From: Candidatus Kaiserbacteria bacterium
Lineage (GTDB): Bacteria > Patescibacteriota > Minisyncoccia > Phycocordibacterales > Phycocordibacteraceae
Direction: 5' to 3'
NCBI GenBank assembly: GCA_016182485.1
Contig: JACPGH010000005.1
Location: forward strand, 130,305 to 175,952
DNA: 45,648 nt
The number at the start of each line of letters is the position of its first letter. The stretch's first letter is position 1. Under the pieces are notes generated by a model. That model had not been told where the DNA came from, ran no database searches, and saw nothing but the letters and a program-made list of their open reading frames with translations. The position numbers and the translations under genes are program-made. Shown here one piece after another: positions 40,434 to 45,648 of this stretch.

Positions 40434-41315
40434 TCAGGGACTGTACGGGATCTGCACTGCCGGGTGTGGAGCATACTCCTCGATCGAGAAATGTTCAGCC
40501 CGGAAGGCGAAGAGGTCCGTGACCCCCGGATCGAGCCGCAGGACCGGGAAGGGGCGTGGCTCCCGCCTGACTAGCTCGCGCACCGCACTGATCTGGTTCT
40601 CGTAGATGTGCGCGTCGCTGAATTGATGCACATAGTTGCCAGCCTCGTAGCCGGTCACCTGGCACAGCATGAGAAGCAGGGCCGCGTACTGGACCATGTT
40701 GTGCGGCACGCCGATCGGCAGGTCGCCGGAGCGCTGCCACATCACCATGTGCAGCCTCCCGTTCATGACGCGGAGATGCATATCGCCGTGGCAAGGTGCC
40801 ACGTTCACTCTTCGGTTAGGGCCGCGCGCCGTCCAGAACGGGATCCATGGCGTGATGCGATGCGTCCGCGTGTGCGGGAAGTAGCGGATCTGTTCGAGCA
40901 CCTGCTCGAACTGGTTGAGCGATCCTCCGTTCGGCATCGGGAAGTCGTGGAAGGCCGGGCCGTAGGATGCAGGCCCCATGTCGTCTGGCGGGAAGGGCAA
41001 GCCGACGTCCTTCTCGCGGTAGCTCTCCCACAGCCGGCACCCGTACGAGGAAATCTCGTCGCAGGTACGGGCTCCATTGATGAACGCGATGATCTCGGCG
41101 ACGGCCTGTCGCCACGAGATGAGCTTCCGTTCCGTGATGACTGGCACGCCGTTCCGAAGGTCGAAGACCATGGGCCGGAGCGTACCGAAGCAAGTGAGCG
41201 CACCGATGCCTTGAGGCGTGGTCTTGAGCATCTCGCCATTGTGAAGAATCTGGACCAGCCGATCTCTGTACTGTGTGTCCGGCGTTCGGTTAGCGAGGGG
41301 CTTAAAAAAGTCCAT
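40434..41315 (-). CDS. thyA: Thymidylate synthase (ThyA family, divergent)
   Basis: APCHGDM (catalytic Cys), WQRSGDLPIGVPHN (R-S-D...N as in ThyA), SDAHIYENQ. Start at MDFFKPL (ATG 41315, SD aaaggag). The ORF-track N-terminal extension is rejected. Confidence 0.8.
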   Translation of the reverse strand: MDFFKPLANRTPDTQYRDRLVQILHNGEMLKTTPQGIGALTCFGTLRPMVFDLRNGVPVITERKLISWRQAVAEIIAFINGARTCDEISSYGCRLWESYREKDVGLPFPPDDMGPASYGPAFHDFPMPNGGSLNQFEQVLEQIRYFPHTRTHRITPWIPFWTARGPNRRVNVAPCHGDMHLRVMNGRLHMVMWQRSGDLPIGVPHNMVQYAALLLMLCQVTGYEAGNYVHQFSDAHIYENQISAVRELVRREPRPFPVLRLDPGVTDLFAFRAEHFSIEEYAPHPAVQIPYSP

Positions 41316-41411
41316 GAGAACGCTCCTTTCTCGAAGATCTAGTTCCTGCTGAATCATACGAATCGCTGGAATATAGTCAAAGGTCCAATCTGAAGTGCTA
41401 CAATCGCCGGC

Positions 41412-41843
41412 ATGAAGGTTCCGATCCGCCGCGTGGACAAAGATTTGCCGCTGCCTGCTTACAAAACGGCCGGAGCGGCGGCCATGGACTGTACGGTGCG
41501 AGCGGATACTACAATTCCGCCGGGTACGGTCGGATATGTGCCGCTCAACGTCGCACTCAAACCGCCACGCGGGCATTTCCTGTTGATGGCAGCGCGCAGT
41601 TCGCTCCACAAGCGCGGCGTAACAATGGCGAATGGTATCGGGATCGGCGATGAAGATTTTTGCGGAAATGGAGATGAGTACCGTGCCGCGTTATTGAATT
41701 TTTCCAACGAGCCGGTCGAGATCAAGCGCGGCGATCGCGTTGTACAAATATTGATCTTGCCAGTTGATCGTGTGGAATGGGAGGAGGTTGAGACACTTGG
41801 CGCGCCCGACCGCGGCGGGTACGGCACAACTGGCATACAATAA
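41412..41843 (+). CDS. dut: dUTP diphosphatase
   Basis: AGAAAMD, ARSS, GIGDEDFCGN, and RGGYGTTG (motif V). Confidence 0.85.
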   Translation: MKVPIRRVDKDLPLPAYKTAGAAAMDCTVRADTTIPPGTVGYVPLNVALKPPRGHFLLMAARSSLHKRGVTMANGIGIGDEDFCGNGDEYRAALLNFSNEPVEIKRGDRVVQILILPVDRVEWEEVETLGAPDRGGYGTTGIQ

Positions 41844-41847
41844 AGTC

Positions 41848-43107
41848 ATGTACGACTTCATTGAGCGCGAAGACCCAGAAATTTTTGAAGCGCTGGCCGG
41901 AGAAGAGAAGCGGCAGGCAGAGGGACTTGAACTGATCCCATCGGAAAATTACGTCTCGCGGGCGGTGAAGGAGGCTATGGCCTCGTCGCTCACCAACAAA
42001 TATTCGGAAGGGTATCCGGGGAAGCGCTATTACGGCGGGCAGGAATTCACCGACAAGGTCGAGACGCTCGCGATCGAGCGCGCTAAGCAGCTGTTCGGCG
42101 CGTCGTACGCTAACGTGCAGCCGCTCGGAGGCGCGAATGCGAACATCGCGATGTACTTCGCGCTGCTTGCGCCCGGCGACACGGTGCTCGGCATGGACCT
42201 CTCGCACGGCGGCCACCTCACGCACGGGCACCCGGTAACGTATCTCACCAAAATATTCAATTTCGTCCGGTACAAGATGAAAAACGTCGAGACCGGCGAG
42301 ATCGATTACGACGAGATGCGTCGCGTGGCGAGAGAGGTAAAGCCGAAGATCGTGCTCGCTGGCTTCTCAGCGTACCCGCGCGAATTGGACTACGCCCAGT
42401 TCGCCGACATCGCGCGCGAAGTGGGCGCGGTCGCAGTGATGGATATCGCGCATATCGCGGGGCTGATCGCGGGCCGCGCGGCAAAAAATCCGTTCGACTA
42501 CGGCTTCGACGTCATGACCTCGACGACGCACAAGACATTGCGCGGCCCGCGGGGCGGGCTGATTCTCACGCGCGAGTCAGAGGAAATCGCGAAAAAGATC
42601 GACAAAGCAGTGTTCCCGGGATTTCAGGGCGGGCCGCACATGCATCAAATTGCCGCGAAAGCCATCGCATTTCAGGAAGCGCTACATCCCGCGTTCGCGC
42701 AGTACGCGAAGCAGATTTTGTTAAATACGAAAGCGATGGAAGCCGTTTTCAAGAAGCACGGCGCGCGTATGATCACGGGCGGCTCCGACAATCATCTCAT
42801 CCTTCTCGATGTGTGGAGCTCCATAGGCATTTCCGGCGGGGAAGCGGAAATTCTTCTCGACCGCGCGGGCATCACGCTTAATAAAAATGCGGTCGCAGAC
42901 GATACGCGCAAACCGATGGACCCCTCGGGCATCCGTTTCGGCACGCCGGCCATAACAACGCGCGGATTCCGCGAAGCGGGATCCGCGCGGGTCGCAGAAC
43001 TCATGCTCGAGGTACTTACAAAACGTGATGATGCTGCCGTCGAGCACGCCAGACAAGAGGTCAAGATACTTGCGCTAGCACATCCCATTCCCGAATCACT
43101 CTATTAA
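41848..43107 (+). CDS. glyA: Serine hydroxymethyltransferase
   Basis: LELIPSENY, YAEGYPGKRYYGG-like motif, TSTTHKTLRGPRGG (PLP lysine). Start at MYDFIERED (ATG 41848). Confidence 0.95.
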   Translation: MYDFIEREDPEIFEALAGEEKRQAEGLELIPSENYVSRAVKEAMASSLTNKYSEGYPGKRYYGGQEFTDKVETLAIERAKQLFGASYANVQPLGGANANIAMYFALLAPGDTVLGMDLSHGGHLTHGHPVTYLTKIFNFVRYKMKNVETGEIDYDEMRRVAREVKPKIVLAGFSAYPRELDYAQFADIAREVGAVAVMDIAHIAGLIAGRAAKNPFDYGFDVMTSTTHKTLRGPRGGLILTRESEEIAKKIDKAVFPGFQGGPHMHQIAAKAIAFQEALHPAFAQYAKQILLNTKAMEAVFKKHGARMITGGSDNHLILLDVWSSIGISGGEAEILLDRAGITLNKNAVADDTRKPMDPSGIRFGTPAITTRGFREAGSARVAELMLEVLTKRDDAAVEHARQEVKILALAHPIPESLY

Positions 43108-43128
43108 TAAATCTGGTACACTCGCCTC

Positions 43129-44736
43129 ATGGAGGAGCGGATACGGAAGGCGGTCGGCAGCGATGCGACTATACGGCGCCCACTGCCGGCGTTCGGCGAT
43201 TATTCGGTATACGGAGGCGAGCGGGCGAAAGAAATAGCCGGCGCGATCCGGGAGAAGCTCGGTAACGCGGTCCAAAAGGTCGAGATAGTGAAGGGATTCG
43301 TGAACATTACTCTCGCGCCCGAAGCGGTCGCGTTCGCAGTGGCCGAGGCGGACGCGCAGGATACCGAGTGGGGGAAGTTCGATGTGAATGCGGGAAAGAA
43401 AATCAGCGTTGAATACGGCAATCCGAACCCGTTCAAGGAAATACATATAGGGCACCTGATGAGCAATATCATCGGCGAGTCCGTGTCGCGTCTTATCGAG
43501 GCATCGGGTGCGGTCGTCGTGCGCGATACCTTCGGTGGCGATGTCGGCCCGCACGTGGCCAAGGCGCTATGGGCGCTTCGAAAGGACAAAGTTGCTGAGA
43601 TTACTAATGTCAAACAAATTGGAGAAGCGTACGCCCGCGGCTCGAACGTATATTCTGAAGATGAAACGGCGAAGCAAGAAATCGATACGTTGAATGCGAG
43701 GATCTACGAACTTGTGGCGCATCCGGAAAAGGCAGAGACCGAAGAGGAAAGAGCGCTCCTCAAACTTTGGCAGCACGGCCGAGAGATTTCCATGGAAGAG
43801 TTTCGGCGGATTTTCGCCAAGCTCGGCACGAGATTTGACTACGAATTCTTCGACAGCGATACGACCGAACCAGGCCTTCGCGTCGTGCGCGACGGCCTCG
43901 CGAAAGGAATTTTTGAGGAAAGCGACGGTGCGATCATTTATCGCGGTGAGAAAAAGGGTCTGCACACGCTCGTGTTCATCACTGGCCGCGGCACGCCTAC
44001 GTATGAGACAAAAGATATCGGCCTCGCCTTCATCAAAGAGGAAAGGATTCCCTCGGACGAGGCGATCATCGTTACGGGCGCGGAGCAGAAAGGGCATTTT
44101 GCCGTATTTCTCGCGGCACTTTCTGAAATTGCCCCGCGCGTTGCCGAAAAAACAAAGCATGTCGCGCATGGTCTATTGAGTCTGACTTCAGGAAAAATGT
44201 CTTCCCGGCTCGGCAATGTCATTACGGCAACCGGCCTCATTGAAGATGTCATCGCGAAAGCGAGCGAGAAGAATCCCGATCCCTTGATCGCCGAGCAAGT
44301 GGCGGTCGGCGCGATCAAATACATGGTGCTGCGGCAGGCGCCGGGCTCGGACATTATTTTTGACGCGGAGAAATCGCTCTCGCTCGAAGGGGATTCGGGT
44401 CCTTATCTGCAGTATGCGCTCGTGCGGGCGAAGAAGATTCTTGCATACGGCGAGAATGGCGAAGGAGGCACCGACAAGCCGCCAGCGCCGTATGCGATCG
44501 AGCGGCTCATCGTGCATTATCCGGAGGTGGTCGCTCGCGCCGCACACTCGCTCGCCCCCAACCTGCTCGTCAATTATTTAACGGAATTGGCTTCCGCCTG
44601 GAATGCGTTTTACGCGACCGAACAAGTACTCGGGAGCCCCGAAGAAGCTTATAAGCAGCGCGTTACCCGCGCCTTCGCGCACACCATGACGAACGGCCTG
44701 CATCTGCTCGGCATTCCTACCCCGTCAAAAATGTAA
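43129..44736 (+). CDS. argS: Arginine--tRNA ligase
   Basis: NPNPFKEIHIGHLMSNIIG (HIGH), GKMSSRLGN (KMSK-like), and a DALR-type C-terminal anticodon-binding domain. Confidence 0.9.
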   Translation: MEERIRKAVGSDATIRRPLPAFGDYSVYGGERAKEIAGAIREKLGNAVQKVEIVKGFVNITLAPEAVAFAVAEADAQDTEWGKFDVNAGKKISVEYGNPNPFKEIHIGHLMSNIIGESVSRLIEASGAVVVRDTFGGDVGPHVAKALWALRKDKVAEITNVKQIGEAYARGSNVYSEDETAKQEIDTLNARIYELVAHPEKAETEEERALLKLWQHGREISMEEFRRIFAKLGTRFDYEFFDSDTTEPGLRVVRDGLAKGIFEESDGAIIYRGEKKGLHTLVFITGRGTPTYETKDIGLAFIKEERIPSDEAIIVTGAEQKGHFAVFLAALSEIAPRVAEKTKHVAHGLLSLTSGKMSSRLGNVITATGLIEDVIAKASEKNPDPLIAEQVAVGAIKYMVLRQAPGSDIIFDAEKSLSLEGDSGPYLQYALVRAKKILAYGENGEGGTDKPPAPYAIERLIVHYPEVVARAAHSLAPNLLVNYLTELASAWNAFYATEQVLGSPEEAYKQRVTRAFAHTMTNGLHLLGIPTPSKM

Positions 44737-44762
44737 TTTGTGACGGGGCCCGCGCCGGATAA
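44706..44762 (+). repeat. Left 57-bp direct repeat (argS 3' end plus hairpin)
   Basis: gctcggcattcctaccccgtcaaaaatgtaatttgtgacggggcccgcgccggataa is repeated at 45416..45472 with one mismatch. It contains an 8-bp hairpin, ccccgtca/tgacgggg, around the argS stop codon. Confidence 0.85.
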
Positions 44763-44785
44763 GATGTAATTTGAGGGATTTAAAC

Positions 44786-45019
44786 TTACCTCTTCAGCCA
44801 GTCATTTTTCGGAATGCCCGATTGCAAAATGATTCCGCGCAACGTTCGCGGCTTAATCGCGCGAGTACCATGATACGGGACGCATACTTGGCGGAACCGT
44901 CCCTCATAGTTTCCAATAAAATAGAAATGACTGCCCTTTGTGTAATTGAGAATAAACCCGTGCTCCTTCAAAACGTCGACTACATCGTCGTACGTCCAAT
45001 TGGCCAATCCTCTAGGCAT
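44786..45019 (-). CDS. hicA: HicA-family mRNA interferase toxin
   Basis: 77 aa. VVDVLKEHGFILNYTKGSHFYF...VPYHGTRAIKPRTLRGIILQSGI matches the HicA/YcfA pattern (..GSH....vP.H....i..gtl..Il.q.gi). Confidence 0.8.
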   Translation of the reverse strand: MPRGLANWTYDDVVDVLKEHGFILNYTKGSHFYFIGNYEGRFRQVCVPYHGTRAIKPRTLRGIILQSGIPKNDWLKR

Positions 45020-45321
45020 TACACATTTGCTACACCGAACGTACTAATTTTAAATGGAGACTTAACAGGTTTGGCCGCAGTCGCTACCGCCCATAGACGT
45101 TCGTATTCCGTATCCGGCTTTTGATTAAGCGGCGCCATACGAGCCCCCTTTATCTTCTTCAAGGACTCAACATATCCGCGTATAGCGTCAAAAAGATTGT
45201 TGAGTGCAATTCTCGGATCGTCCGCCGATTCGACAATATTAAATTCAAGACCGACAGCGTACCAACTTCCGCCATCCTTGAAAACCATATACCGAACCGA
45301 TCCCTTTTGAGAAGTATTCAT
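45019..45321 (-). CDS. hicB: HicB-like antitoxin
   Basis: SVRYMVFKDGGSWYAVGLEFNIVESADDPRIALNNLFDAIRGYV resembles the HicB N-terminal fold. TAATG stop/start overlap with hicA. Start at ATG 45321 or GTG 45357. Confidence 0.6.
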   Translation of the reverse strand: MNTSQKGSVRYMVFKDGGSWYAVGLEFNIVESADDPRIALNNLFDAIRGYVESLKKIKGARMAPLNQKPDTEYERLWAVATAAKPVKSPFKISTFGVANV

Positions 45322-45415
45322 ATGCAAGCCAATAGTACCAAGTTTTCGTGATTTCACAACAGGAAATAGAGTACTCTCAAAATAATGAATGCCGGGTTAA
45401 ATATTGCACTGCACC

Positions 45416-45472
45416 GCTCGGCATTCCTACCCCGTCAAAAATGTAATTTGTGACGGGGCCTGCGCCGGATAA
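45416..45472 (+). repeat. Right 57-bp direct repeat (orphan copy of the argS 3' end)
   Basis: Copy of 44706..44762 with one C-to-T difference. Not preceded by argS coding sequence. Confidence 0.85.
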
Positions 45473-45648
45473 ATGTGATTGGCTACGCCCAGTTGTCGTA
45501 ATTTTCGTCCTATAGGGACTTTGACTGAAAAATTCGGTTGATGAGCTTCGGAAAGCGGCGCATAGTTCGGCCGCCTTTTGTCTAATTGGGCCACAATTTC
45601 TCGTGTATGAACAAAATACGCGAGAAATCGCCCTGCTGCAGGGCAGGC

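Noticed and set aside
40434-41609. N-terminal extensions suggested by the ORF track (thyA to 41609, glyA from 41764, polA from 3139, pilB to 2325, ruvX from 16228, Fic from 13223, 14865..15575, 14655..15425, 18324..19070)
   Set aside because: In each case family homology begins at an internal ATG with an SD or a -10 box at the right distance. The extension overlaps a neighbouring gene or an intergenic promoter region.
45473-45648. Possible partial gene at the right edge
   Set aside because: Only very short ORFs are present (e.g. a minus-strand 17-codon ORF). There is too little sequence to call anything.

Overview
The window reads like a GC-rich (about 60%) chromosomal segment of a small-genome bacterium, most consistent with Patescibacteria/CPR (Parcubacteria-like); this placement is an inference from gene content. 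I annotate about 60 CDS and 9 tRNAs. Housekeeping genes: polA, tsaE, ruvA, ruvX, rpsT, rplS, secE-nusG-rplK, uppS, an RluA-family synthase, argS and a Mur ligase. Type IV pilus genes: pilB, and about 15 kb away pilM with PilN/PilO-like genes. There is a compact thymidylate-cycle cluster (folA, dCMP deaminase, thyA, dut, glyA). Toxin-antitoxin/Fic loci: HepT-MNT at the left edge, hicBA at the right edge, and a class II Fic. There are two paralogous LAGLIDADG endonuclease genes, each directly 5' of a tRNA-Leu. The main candidate for something new is a 7.4-kb AT-rich island (23836..31192). Spot counts of single 60-nt lines gave 38% GC in the island and 68% in the backbone. It holds eight back-to-back same-strand genes that all begin with a homologous MK(Y/F)xLLAIL signal-anchor. 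Four are mosaic paralogs with near-identical ends and divergent cores. One resembles a Tli4-type T6SS immunity protein, one is a polytopic membrane protein with delta-60-repeat motifs, and there is one recombination scar. Other unexplained structure: (1) a roughly 70-bp miniature element inserted after tRNA-Val and after rplK, each time flanked by a duplication of the host gene's 3' end, and a hicBA cassette at the argS 3' end with the same architecture; (2) a pervasive TAnnnT box 6-9 nt upstream of ATG, i.e. leaderless-type starts; (3) tRNAs abutting or overlapping CDS ends; (4) a conserved CCTCACTTC leader 5' of three tRNAs; (5) CTAG-rich intergenic repeats. No rRNA, CRISPR array, integrase, transposase or reverse transcriptase was seen. 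CDS coordinates come from the ORF track with starts re-chosen by me. RNA and repeat coordinates were hand-indexed and calibrated against nearby ORF ends, so expect errors of 1-2 nt.
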